Shown piece by piece: positions 30,961 to 39,836 of a stretch of 64,000 nt of DNA. The notes under the pieces were generated by a model that saw only the letters and a program-made list of their open reading frames with translations, searched no databases and was not told the DNA's origin. The stretch's first letter is position 1. Each line of letters starts with the position of its first letter. The DNA is from an uncultured beta proteobacterium (GTDB taxonomy: Bacteria; Pseudomonadota; Gammaproteobacteria; Burkholderiales; SG8-39), in contig CAVVGT010000005.1 in assembly GCA_963747775.1 (NCBI GenBank), positions 3,148-67,147 on the forward strand. Reading direction: 5' to 3'. The position numbers and the translations under genes are program-made.

Positions 30961-31892
30961 GTCCTTGCACGCCGTGCGAAGAGCGACCACAGGCCCGATG
31001 GGAGGAACAAGATCAACAGCAGCATCGCGATCCCGAGGGTCATCTGCCAGACGTTCGGTGCGTACTGGTTGCCGATCGTGCGCACTGCCTCGAAGATTGC
31101 CGCGCCGAGGAACGGCGCCGCCACGCTGCCGGTGCCGCCGAGGACCGCGATGAAGACGAACTCGCCGGAGATCGTCCAGTACACCGTCTCCGGATCGACG
31201 TGGCCCACCGCGAGCGCGGCGAACGCGCCGCCGAGTCCCGCGAGCGCCGCGGCGACGACGTAGTTCGCGTACACGATGCGGAACACCGACGTGCCGAGGT
31301 ACTCGACGCGCAGCTCGTTGTCCCGGATCGCGATCGCGAGCCGGCCGTAGTGCGAGGCGAGATAGCGGTGCACGCCCCATGCCGCGGCGGCGGCCGCGAC
31401 GACCGCCACCGCGTAGAAGACGCGCCGCTCGGTGCCGCCGCTCAAGGCGATGCCAGCGAACGACTTCGCGTGCAGGTTGAAGCCGTCGGTGCTGCCCAGC
31501 GCCGAGCTCTTCACCAGCAGCCCGTAGAGGATCATCGACAGCGCGAGCGACAGCATCGCGAAGAAGATGTCGCGATAGCGCGCCATCAGGAGCCCGAGCA
31601 CGGCCGCGACCGCGCCCGCGACGACGACCCCGGCGAGAACCATTGCGGCCGCGTCGAGCAGGCCGGCCCGCGCGCCGAGCAGCGCCGACGCGTACGCCCC
31701 CAGACCGAAGTACAGGCCCTGTCCGAACGACACCAGGCCGGTGCGCATCAGCACCACGAGCCCGAGCACGACCAGCCCCTTCGCGAGCGCGAGCGTCAGC
31801 AGGAATACGAGCCACTGCGGCGTGAACGGCGCGGTCGCCAGGAGCACTGCCGCGGCCGCGAGGAGCATTGCGGTCGTCCGGTCGAGGCTCAT
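30957..31892 (-). CDS. Liv-type ABC transporter permease (LivM-like)
   Basis: 311-aa polytopic ORF starting MSLDRTT; ATGA overlaps at both ends. Confidence 0.85.
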   Translation of the reverse strand: MSLDRTTAMLLAAAAVLLATAPFTPQWLVFLLTLALAKGLVVLGLVVLMRTGLVSFGQGLYFGLGAYASALLGARAGLLDAAAMVLAGVVVAGAVAAVLGLLMARYRDIFFAMLSLALSMILYGLLVKSSALGSTDGFNLHAKSFAGIALSGGTERRVFYAVAVVAAAAAAWGVHRYLASHYGRLAIAIRDNELRVEYLGTSVFRIVYANYVVAAALAGLGGAFAALAVGHVDPETVYWTISGEFVFIAVLGGTGSVAAPFLGAAIFEAVRTIGNQYAPNVWQMTLGIAMLLLILFLPSGLWSLFARRART

Positions 31893-32785
31893 ATCTTCCG
31901 CGCCTCGGGCGCGGCGAAGAGGCCCTTCGGCCGCGCGACCAGCACCAGCGCCATGACGAGGTAGATCGTGAAGAGCTCGCCCTCCGGCCAATAGCGCACC
32001 ATGACCGAGCGCACGACGCCGACCAGCAGCGCGCCGAGCGCGGCGCCGCCGAGGCTGCCGAGCCCGCCGACGACCACCACCGCGAAGGACAGCACGATCA
32101 CTTCCACGCCGATGCCGGGCGAAACCGCGATCGTCGGGGCGGTGAGCGCGCCGCCGGCGGCGGCGAGCGTGGCGCCGATCGTGAAGGTGAGGAGGTACAC
32201 GCGGTCGACGTTGATCCCCATCGCCGCGCTCATCTCGCGGTCGTGGATGACCGCGAGCAGCAGCTTGCCCTGGCGCGTGCGATAGAGGCCCCACCCGAGC
32301 ACTAGGCCGATCGCGATCGCGGTGCCGATCAGGATCAGGTTGTAGACCGGGTAGGCGAGGGTGCCGATGTAGAAGTTCCCCGGCAGTGCGTAGGGCTCGG
32401 AGACCATCAGCGATTCCACGCCCCAGATGAGCTTGATCACGTCCTCGAGGATCAGGAACACCGCGTAGGTGACGAGCAGCAGGACGACCTCGTCCTTGCC
32501 GTACACGATGCGCAGCAGCCCGCGCTCGAGCAGCGGTCCCATGACCGCCCCGACCGCGAGCGCCGCGGCGGCCAGCAGCAGGTAGCTCGCGCCGGGCGCA
32601 TGTCCCCCGGCGAGCCAGGCGCCGACCAGCGACGCCGCGGTGTACGCGCCGAGCGCATACAGGCTGCCGTGCGCGATGTTGAGGATCTTCATCACGCCGT
32701 AGATCAGCGTGAGCCCCGCGGCCATGATGAACAGCCACGAGGAGTAGACGACGCCGTCGAACAGGACGGACGCGATATCTGTCAT
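31889..32785 (-). CDS. Liv-type ABC transporter permease (LivH-like)
   Basis: 298-aa polytopic ORF. Confidence 0.85.
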   Translation of the reverse strand: MTDIASVLFDGVVYSSWLFIMAAGLTLIYGVMKILNIAHGSLYALGAYTAASLVGAWLAGGHAPGASYLLLAAAALAVGAVMGPLLERGLLRIVYGKDEVVLLLVTYAVFLILEDVIKLIWGVESLMVSEPYALPGNFYIGTLAYPVYNLILIGTAIAIGLVLGWGLYRTRQGKLLLAVIHDREMSAAMGINVDRVYLLTFTIGATLAAAGGALTAPTIAVSPGIGVEVIVLSFAVVVVGGLGSLGGAALGALLVGVVRSVMVRYWPEGELFTIYLVMALVLVARPKGLFAAPEARKI

Positions 32786-32911
32786 TGCGCAGGGCGCGGT
32801 GGCAGGCGCGCAGCCGCTGGGGGCACCGAAGTCACTGCGAAAGACACCGGTGACGGGACCCGGCGAACCGTTCTTCTCCGGGTCCTCGCTGCCCGCGGCG
32901 GCTCGAAGGCC

Positions 32912-34174
32912 TTACTTCGCCTTCATCCCGGACTTGATCCAGGCCTCGCTCTTTACGCCGTCGGGCGGGGTGGTGAGCTCGGGCGGATAGAACTTGACGT
33001 CGGTGAGGGTGAGCTCGCTGCCGACGACCTTCGTCACGCCGTAGGCGACGCCCTGCACCGCCTGGTGGCCCTTGCCGAGGGCCATACGCACCGTTCCGCC
33101 GGGGGCCTCGAAGGTGAGGTTCTCGAGCGCCGCGATGATCTGCTCCTGGTTCGGGTTCGCGGCGCCCGCCTTCTGCGCCTTCTCGTAGGCGGCCTTCACG
33201 CCGAGGATCGCCTGCGCCATCTTGTAGGCGGCGTAGTTCGACGGCACGCCATAGCGGTCCTGGAACGCGGCGCGGAACCACTTGTCGAGGTCGGTGCCCG
33301 GAGAGAACGGCCCGAACGGCCCGCGCGCGCCGAGGATGGTGCCATCGGGAATCTTGGCGCCGAGACGGTTGATCGCCGGCTCGCCCGCGGCGAGCAGCAC
33401 GAGATGCTTCTGGAACAGCCCGCGCGGCGCGCCCTGCAACACCAGGCCCTCGAGGTCGCCGCCCCAGAAACTCGAGTGGACCACGTCGGCGTTGCTGGAG
33501 AGCAGGGTCGAGATCTCGGCGCCGAACTGGCCGGCGAAGAGCTTCGGCATCTGCGAAGTCTTGACCTCGACGTCCGGCTTGAGCGTCTTCATCGCCGCCT
33601 CGAAGTCGTTCCACGAATCCTGGCCCCAGGCGTAGTTCTGGTTGATGCCGGCGATCGATTTGACGTTCGGACGGCGCTCCAGCACGTAGCGCGCGAGCGC
33701 GACCGCGTCGCCGGTCGCGGTCGCGCCGGTGCGGAACACGTACTTGTAGCTCGCGTCCTCGAAGATGCGCGGCGTGCCGCAGTCGAACAGCACGGTGAGC
33801 TTCTTCAGCTCCTCGGCCACCGGCGCGACCGCGAGGCAGTCGCCGCTCGAGATGTAGCCGATCACGAGATCCACGCGCTGCGCGAGGTTGCGCAGCTCCT
33901 GCACCTGCTTCTGCGGGCCACCTGCCTCGTCGATGATCACCAGCTCGATCGGGGCGCCGCCGAAACCCTTGGTCGCGTAAGGCGCGGGCACGCGGCCCGC
34001 GTTCACGCTCTCCGCCATGATCTCGGCGGCGTTGCGGGCCGGCACGCCGAACGGCCCGGCCGCTGGCCCGGAGAGGAACGTGACAATGCCGACCTTGATC
34101 GGCGCCTGCGCCCAGGCGGCCGGAGCCGCGAATGCCGCCGCGACGACGAGCCCATACAGGAACGAGCGCTTCAT
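32912..34174 (-). CDS. ABC transporter periplasmic substrate-binding protein (type-I PBP)
   Basis: Start MKRSFLYGLVVAAAFAAPAAWAQAP (signal peptide) with GGAGGA RBS; aa 13 of ORF 32912..34210. Confidence 0.85.
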   Translation of the reverse strand: MKRSFLYGLVVAAAFAAPAAWAQAPIKVGIVTFLSGPAAGPFGVPARNAAEIMAESVNAGRVPAPYATKGFGGAPIELVIIDEAGGPQKQVQELRNLAQRVDLVIGYISSGDCLAVAPVAEELKKLTVLFDCGTPRIFEDASYKYVFRTGATATGDAVALARYVLERRPNVKSIAGINQNYAWGQDSWNDFEAAMKTLKPDVEVKTSQMPKLFAGQFGAEISTLLSSNADVVHSSFWGGDLEGLVLQGAPRGLFQKHLVLLAAGEPAINRLGAKIPDGTILGARGPFGPFSPGTDLDKWFRAAFQDRYGVPSNYAAYKMAQAILGVKAAYEKAQKAGAANPNQEQIIAALENLTFEAPGGTVRMALGKGHQAVQGVAYGVTKVVGSELTLTDVKFYPPELTTPPDGVKSEAWIKSGMKAK

Positions 34175-34313
34175 GGTCTCCTCCATTGTGTTGTTCAGGC
34201 TGCGCGGCAATCCTACACCGCCCCCCGGCTCACCAGTACCGCATCGCCCCGACGAAGAGGATCGCGAGGTCCGCTTTCACCCCCGGCGGTGGCAAAGAAG
34301 GCGGCGAGGCGCT

Positions 34314-34342
34314 TTGCACATTACCGTGCATGCGCCTACGAT
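34314..34342 (+). promoter_or_regulatory. candidate sigma70-like promoter (TTGCAC - 17 nt - TACGAT) ending 7 nt before the ATG at 34350, implying a near-leaderless mRNA
   Basis: Hexamers and spacing read by eye; no SD between the -10 and the ATG. Confidence 0.25.
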
Positions 34343-34349
34343 CCGAGCG

Positions 34350-34640
34350 ATGAAAGCAGCACCCAACAAGACCGTCGTGACCGCCCGGCTGCGGAAGTTC
34401 GAACCTGCCGCCGACGGCTACGGCGGCGAACTCGAGCTCGAGGTCATCCGCAACGAGTCCCCCGATCCCGCGGCGGACTTCCTGCAACCGCAGGCGGGCA
34501 AGTCGCTGCGGGCGTTCTACGCGCAGACCGATCCGCCGGCAGCGTCGCTGCCGCTGGGTCGACGGGTCAGGGTCGAGCTGACGTTTCTGGGCGGGCCGAC
34601 CGGCGGACGGGCCGTCGTGCAGAGCATCCGTGCCGAGTAG
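34350..34640 (+). CDS. hypothetical 96-aa protein
   Basis: MKAAPNKTVVTARLRKFEPAADGYGGELELEVI.. has non-low-complexity composition. It is the internal part of ORF 34017..34640. No family recognised. Confidence 0.45.
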   Translation: MKAAPNKTVVTARLRKFEPAADGYGGELELEVIRNESPDPAADFLQPQAGKSLRAFYAQTDPPAASLPLGRRVRVELTFLGGPTGGRAVVQSIRAE

Positions 34641-34651
34641 CCCCCGGCGGC

Positions 34652-36046
34652 TCACCGCTTCACGTTGAGCCTCACCTTGCCTTTCGCGACCGTGATCGCG
34701 CTCAGCGCGACCCCGGTCGGGCTTCCGTCGTGGGCGCGCGACGAAGGCGTGGTCCGGTCGTTGAAGCTCGACTTCTTCAGGGACCCCGGGAAGAGGTCGC
34801 CCGGGTCGCCGCTGTTCTTGGCAAGCTCCAGATCGCGCTTGCCGTCGGCCTGCGCGAGGCCCACTTTGTAGGCCAGCGGGTTGGTGTTGTCCGACCGGGC
34901 TTCGTCGATGTGCCACACCGCGAGCCCGGAGCCCGGCAGCGACGCATCGCGGCCGGTCGCCTGCCGGTTCTCGAGCAGGAAGTACTCCGGTGCGGACTTG
35001 CCGCCGGTCCACACCCACAGGCAGTCCTTCGCATCCTTCTCGAGCGGGTCGAGGGTGTAGCGCGCGGTCTTGGCCGACCGGGGCTTGATCCAACCGAGCT
35101 TGGAGAGGCACCAGCACGACAGTCGGGTGGGTTTCAGGCCGCCGCCGCCCCAGGATCCGCCACCCATGAGGCACCACTGGCCGACGCCCTCCGAGCGATA
35201 GGACGTGTCGTAGAGGTCCGGCAGGCCCAGCACGTGACCGAACTCGTGCGCGAACACGCCGACGCGCCCGTCCTCGGGTTCCGTCGAGTAGGCGTACACC
35301 TTGACGCCCTGGTTGGTGAACACCTGGGGCAAGGTCCACTTGTGCGACCAGATCATGTTGTTGCGCTTCTGCGGATTGGGCTCCGCCTCGGCGCCGCCGC
35401 CCGCATGGATGAGGAAGATCCCGTCGACGAACCCGTCCCCGTCGGTGTCGAAGCGCGCGAGGTTGTTCGTTTTGCAGTATTCCGTCAGCGCATCGAACAG
35501 CAGGCCCGGAGTGTTGCGCGGGTAGCTCATCCCGGTCCCGCTCTCGCCGTTCGTATAGAACGAATAGGGTTGCGGCGCCCGCACGTATCCGACGACCTCG
35601 CCCGTGACCACCAGCTTGCCGTAGGACATCTCGCGGTAGATCGTCGTCATCGAATCCGGATTCGCCGGATCGAACAGCATGCGCTGGAAGTCGGCTGCCG
35701 GGCGGCTTCCCGGGTTGTCGCTGAAGTCGACCATGAGTGCCAGGGCATGCAGCTTGCGGGGGGCCGCCGTGGCGCGCTCCATGCGCGCGGCGCGCAGGGG
35801 GCGGTTGGCGGGGGCGCGATCGAGCGCCAGGCCGGTCGGCGGATAGAACACCCCGTCGTTGAAGCCCGTCGGGCGCTCCACCGTGGCGGCGGCAACCAGG
35901 CCCATGTAAGCCGCCAGGCGGACATCGGCCGTCGACATCGCGCCGCTTTTCTTGATCGCCTGCTGGATGCTCTTCAGCACGGCACTGGAGGGACGGCAGG
36001 CGGTTGGCCCGTCGTCGTAGCGGTGGGACATCGGGTCGCGCATCAT
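34652..36046 (-). CDS. M6 (immune inhibitor A-like) zinc metallopeptidase domain protein, no signal peptide
   Basis: HEFGHVLGLPDLYD (nt ~35234-35275) and ..LALMVDFSDNPG.. / ..GIFLIHAGGGAE.. are typical of M6. Start uncertain: ATG 36046 chosen, and a TTG at 36208 is also open. Confidence 0.75.
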   Translation of the reverse strand: MMRDPMSHRYDDGPTACRPSSAVLKSIQQAIKKSGAMSTADVRLAAYMGLVAAATVERPTGFNDGVFYPPTGLALDRAPANRPLRAARMERATAAPRKLHALALMVDFSDNPGSRPAADFQRMLFDPANPDSMTTIYREMSYGKLVVTGEVVGYVRAPQPYSFYTNGESGTGMSYPRNTPGLLFDALTEYCKTNNLARFDTDGDGFVDGIFLIHAGGGAEAEPNPQKRNNMIWSHKWTLPQVFTNQGVKVYAYSTEPEDGRVGVFAHEFGHVLGLPDLYDTSYRSEGVGQWCLMGGGSWGGGGLKPTRLSCWCLSKLGWIKPRSAKTARYTLDPLEKDAKDCLWVWTGGKSAPEYFLLENRQATGRDASLPGSGLAVWHIDEARSDNTNPLAYKVGLAQADGKRDLELAKNSGDPGDLFPGSLKKSSFNDRTTPSSRAHDGSPTGVALSAITVAKGKVRLNVKR

Positions 36047-36208
36047 GATCTCCGGCGGTGGGTTCGAATGCGACGGGGTCGCACGGCGTGGCTGCAAGTT
36101 CCGCGCGGTGTCGACCGAAGCGGCGACGCCTAGCTTCCGCGCGAGGCGCCACGCATGGCAATAGGCCGAAAGGCTGACCGCGCGGCCGTGCCAACGCTTG
36201 CGGCGCAA

Positions 36209-37669
36209 TCAGGGGAGGAAGTAGTCGACGTAAAGGGACGGCGTTGCGGGATCGACCGCGACGCGCGCGGCGAAGGCCTTCCACAGCCGCTCGTCGGCGT
36301 GCTTGCGTCTCGGGTCGGTCGCCGTCGGGCCTTTGCCGTCGGCGCGCAGCACGCGCCCGCGGGTCTTTTCCAGCAGATGCGGGTACAGCGACTCGGCCGG
36401 CATGTCCCACTTCTTGGTCTTGTTCGCGAATTGCTGGTCGACCGGGATCGCCGCGACGAGCCCGGGATGCGACATCGCCTCCAGGCCGCCGTCCTTGAGC
36501 GTGGCGTTGTGGCTGCCGTGGTGGCCGACCTTGTAGAACACCGTGCGTGCCAGCAGGTCGTTCGCGCGCACTTCGGTGCGCGTGCCGCCGTCAGTGACCT
36601 TCCACGCGAGCTTCTGCCACGACAGCCAGTTGCCGATCTGCGCATCGGCCGCGAAGAGGAGCACCTCTTTCGTCGCCGTGAACTCGAACGCGAGCACCAT
36701 GCTCAGGTTGTTGACGACGTTGTCCAGCTTGAGCGCGAGCTGTTCGGCGGCGAGCAACCACTGATCGTCGATCGTCCGCCAGCGCTCGTCCGGCGCCCGG
36801 TACCGGGCGACGACCGGCGCCAGGGTCGTCTCAGTGCGCGCCCGCGCGTCGCTCCAGTGCAGGCTCGCCTCGAAGGGACACATCGCCTCCGTCCGGGCCG
36901 CGCCTTCGACGGCCGAGTCCTTGCTCGCGGCAACCGCATCGAGCAGGCCTGCGTAGAAGCCCGAGTCGGCGCCGAGGCCGTACATCTCCGAGCCCTTCTT
37001 GCCGAGCAGCTTGCCGAGGAGCTTTTCGTCGCGGGGCGGGGCGAGCACGTAGATGCGCACCCCCGGCAGCCACGCCGGGGCGAGGAGGTCGCCCGGCTCG
37101 CAGTAACGGGGGTCGGGTGCAAGCTCGCGGAGTGCGGCCAGCGCGGCATCGGTTCCACGCACGCCCGCGGCGCTCACCGGCCCGAAGAACGACAGGATCT
37201 GTTCGATCGCCGCCCCGCGCGCGCGGGCCGCCTCGTCCGGCGAGACGGCAAGTCGAGCCAGCGCCCTTCGCGCCCCGTCGAGCTGCAGCGCGGTCGCGCG
37301 GGTCCGCTCGCGGCCCTCCGGATCGTGCGGGTTCTCGGCCCAGGAGAGCCAGACCTCGTCGATCCGCAGCGCCTTGAACTCGTCCCGCGCGTCGAAGAAC
37401 CCGGACAGGTGGTCCCAGTGCGGATGGGTGCCGACAATCGCACTCACGCGGCCGCCGGCTTCCTTTGCGACGTTGGCAGCGATGCGCTGTGCCCACTGCT
37501 TGCTGTCGGGCGTCCCGCCGAGCACGCCGCAGTCGATCAGGATGTGGCTGGGCTTCGGGCCGGTGTAGAACGAGAGGAGGAACGCGTCGCCGATACCCTG
37601 GCGATACATCCGGATGCGTACCCTGGGGCGGCGCCGCGCGGCGCGCTTGCTTGCGACGGTCTCAGCCAT
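36209..37669 (-). CDS. metallo-beta-lactamase-fold hydrolase
   Basis: HPHWDH motif (nt ~37409-37426) after ..GDAFLLSF..ILIDCG.. Start MAETV overlaps the upstream stop (ATGGCTGA). Confidence 0.75.
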   Translation of the reverse strand: MAETVASKRAARRRPRVRIRMYRQGIGDAFLLSFYTGPKPSHILIDCGVLGGTPDSKQWAQRIAANVAKEAGGRVSAIVGTHPHWDHLSGFFDARDEFKALRIDEVWLSWAENPHDPEGRERTRATALQLDGARRALARLAVSPDEAARARGAAIEQILSFFGPVSAAGVRGTDAALAALRELAPDPRYCEPGDLLAPAWLPGVRIYVLAPPRDEKLLGKLLGKKGSEMYGLGADSGFYAGLLDAVAASKDSAVEGAARTEAMCPFEASLHWSDARARTETTLAPVVARYRAPDERWRTIDDQWLLAAEQLALKLDNVVNNLSMVLAFEFTATKEVLLFAADAQIGNWLSWQKLAWKVTDGGTRTEVRANDLLARTVFYKVGHHGSHNATLKDGGLEAMSHPGLVAAIPVDQQFANKTKKWDMPAESLYPHLLEKTRGRVLRADGKGPTATDPRRKHADERLWKAFAARVAVDPATPSLYVDYFLP

Positions 37670-39680
37670 GGTCGGTCTCCGGATTGAACCCATGGAGCTG
37701 CGCGAGCTGCCGCGACGGGTCGGTCTCGTCCAGCGCGCCGAAGTACATGCCCGCGAGCCCCGCGCGCCAGCCGACGCGGAATGCGCGCTCGGCCTCGAGG
37801 CGGGTGTCGCTCCGGGCGTTCTTGCGGATCACGTAATCGATGTCGCCCGAGCGCAGGTCCACGACGATCGTGCACCCGCCGCGAAACATGAACGACCCGG
37901 CGCCCGGCGCGCCGTCCGCTTCGGCGCGCTCCTGCACGATCGACACCAGTCCCTGCGGCACGCCGGGGCCCGCGGGCGAGGACTTGCGGGTGAACTGCAG
38001 CGAGCGCAACTCGAAGGCGGCGTGGCCGGGGCGCAGATCGAGTCCCATGTTCTCGGCGAGGACGTTCCGCTGCTGCGTGTCGAGCGACCGGAGCAGGCGC
38101 TGCACCGAATCGTGCAGCTCGCCGCGCCACTTGCTGAGGTGCGCGAAGATGTCGCGGCGGGGATCCGCGGCGTCGCGATTGTCGAGATACGCGTATTCGT
38201 CCGCGTAAGGCCTCAGGACGAGCGGTCGCCCGCGCAGCAGCGCCCGGACCTCCGCGCTCGGGCGGTCCCACACGAGGTTGTCCACCGCGAGCGACCGCAG
38301 GCCCTTCGGGTAGATCCCCCGCGCGCGGAACGCCTCCACGATCGCGACTCGATAGCCCAGCCGGTCCTGCGGCACGACTTGGATGTCCGCAGTGATGAGC
38401 GCGCGGAGATAGTCGCCGAACGTGAGATCGACCGGCGGGCAGTAGTCGAGCGCGCGCACGCAGATCGTCAGCAGGTGGCCGGCGGCCTTCGCGGCCTCGT
38501 CGGCGAGCCTTTCGACCAGGTCGGGATGCAGCGCGCCTTCCGGCAGCACGCCGCTGCCCCCCGTGGCGATGCGGACGAGATCGACGGTGCGCCGCTCGTA
38601 GATCCTGAGAAACGCATCGAACACGGCGGCGACGAGGATCGCGCCGCGCTCGTGGGGCTCCTGCGTGCGCATGAGCGCCGCCGGATCGGGCTCGAGCCGC
38701 GTCCAGGCCCGCGTCTGCGGATCGACGTGGCCGATCGCGCTGCGTAACGCCCCGTACCGGCCCGTCGCCTGACCGAACTGGACCGCGAGCTCGGCGAGCA
38801 GGTTGCGCGTGCGCAGGTCGCCGCGGGCCCGGGCGATCTGGTGGCGCAGCACGCCGGGCAGCGAAAAATGCTGGAACAGCGCGACCAGGTCGGCGAAGGC
38901 CTCGTGGAACGCGAGCGTGTCCGGATTGCTCGGGTGGAGCAGGGACGGGTGAACCCCGTCGAGGATGGCGTGCGTCGTCTCGTGGGCCACGATGTCCTGG
39001 GACAGGCACGTGAACACGGTGCCGCCGGGATAGACGCGGCCCGGATCGGTGTCGGCGGCGGGGAAGTAGCCGAAGAGCAGCGCCTTGCGCTGCGGATCGT
39101 AGAACGCGTTCTGCTGCCGCAGCGCGTGCGGGTAGACGCGCAGCTGACCGACATAGACGGCTGCGCCGGAGGGCAGCATGTGCGGCGACCACAGCACCCG
39201 GCGCCCGAGGGCGCGCTCGAAGTGCTCGATCGTCCGCATCGCCACCGCGTACACCATCTGCTGGTGGAACTGCGGGTTGGCTTCGGACGGCGCGAGCCCG
39301 TTCTGGGCGAGCAGGGCGCGATCGTCGAGGTCGACGGGCTGGTAGAAACATTCGCTCGCAGGATCGTAATCGATCACGTCCAGGTAGTCACCGCGCGGCC
39401 CGGGCTCGAGCTTTGGCTCCCACGGCACTTCGTAGACGATCTCGTTGATCTCGACGGACTCGAGCTCGGTCGAGAGCTGGGGGTCGAATGCGTATCCGCG
39501 CAGGAGCCGTCGGGTGGGCTGCGGCGGCGCGACGGCGCGCGGCGGCCAATAGCCCTGGGTCGAAGCGCTCCGCGTCGAGGCCGGCTTGCGGGCCTGGCCC
39601 GCGGAGCGGCGCGCGCCCTTGGCCGGATGCGGATTCCCGAGAGCCTTCTTTCGTAGCTTGGACGCTGCCATCGTGCTCAC
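37662..39680 (-). CDS. thermolysin-like (gluzincin, M4-like) zinc metallopeptidase with basic disordered N-terminus, no signal peptide
   Basis: ..QQNAFYDPQRKALLFGY.. + VAHETTHAILD (nt ~38970-38984) + FHEAFADLVA parallels the thermolysin NAFW / HELTH / NEAISD active-site layout. GTG 39680 or ATG 39671 as start. Confidence 0.7.
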   Translation of the reverse strand: MSTMAASKLRKKALGNPHPAKGARRSAGQARKPASTRSASTQGYWPPRAVAPPQPTRRLLRGYAFDPQLSTELESVEINEIVYEVPWEPKLEPGPRGDYLDVIDYDPASECFYQPVDLDDRALLAQNGLAPSEANPQFHQQMVYAVAMRTIEHFERALGRRVLWSPHMLPSGAAVYVGQLRVYPHALRQQNAFYDPQRKALLFGYFPAADTDPGRVYPGGTVFTCLSQDIVAHETTHAILDGVHPSLLHPSNPDTLAFHEAFADLVALFQHFSLPGVLRHQIARARGDLRTRNLLAELAVQFGQATGRYGALRSAIGHVDPQTRAWTRLEPDPAALMRTQEPHERGAILVAAVFDAFLRIYERRTVDLVRIATGGSGVLPEGALHPDLVERLADEAAKAAGHLLTICVRALDYCPPVDLTFGDYLRALITADIQVVPQDRLGYRVAIVEAFRARGIYPKGLRSLAVDNLVWDRPSAEVRALLRGRPLVLRPYADEYAYLDNRDAADPRRDIFAHLSKWRGELHDSVQRLLRSLDTQQRNVLAENMGLDLRPGHAAFELRSLQFTRKSSPAGPGVPQGLVSIVQERAEADGAPGAGSFMFRGGCTIVVDLRSGDIDYVIRKNARSDTRLEAERAFRVGWRAGLAGMYFGALDETDPSRQLAQLHGFNPETDHG

Positions 39681-39778
39681 GCCTTCGTCGCCGCGCGCGC
39701 GTCGCTGTCCGGCGCGACCGGAGCGTCGAGCGCCGGGGGGAATGCGCTCGTCTCGAACAGGGTGAACGGATCCGGCAT
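39677..39778 (-). CDS. candidate 33-aa small ORF (MPDPFTLFETSAFPPALDAPVAPDSDARAATKA) translationally coupled to the thermolysin-like peptidase
   Basis: AAGGAA 6-8 nt upstream of the ATG. Stop TGA overlaps the GTG at 39680 (GTGA). High GC3. Too short for the ORF track. Confidence 0.3.
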   Translation of the reverse strand: MPDPFTLFETSAFPPALDAPVAPDSDARAATKA

Positions 39779-39836
39779 GCTGGGTTCCTTGAGAGAGGGG
39801 GTCGGTCGATGGCGCAGCACGGCGCCGGACGTTCGC

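Noticed and set aside
36040-36130. A GGTTCGAAT (tRNA T-loop-like) string suggesting a tRNA gene.
   Set aside because: The flanking bases do not form a T-stem or an acceptor and anticodon cloverleaf. It lies in the possible 5' region of the M6 peptidase gene.
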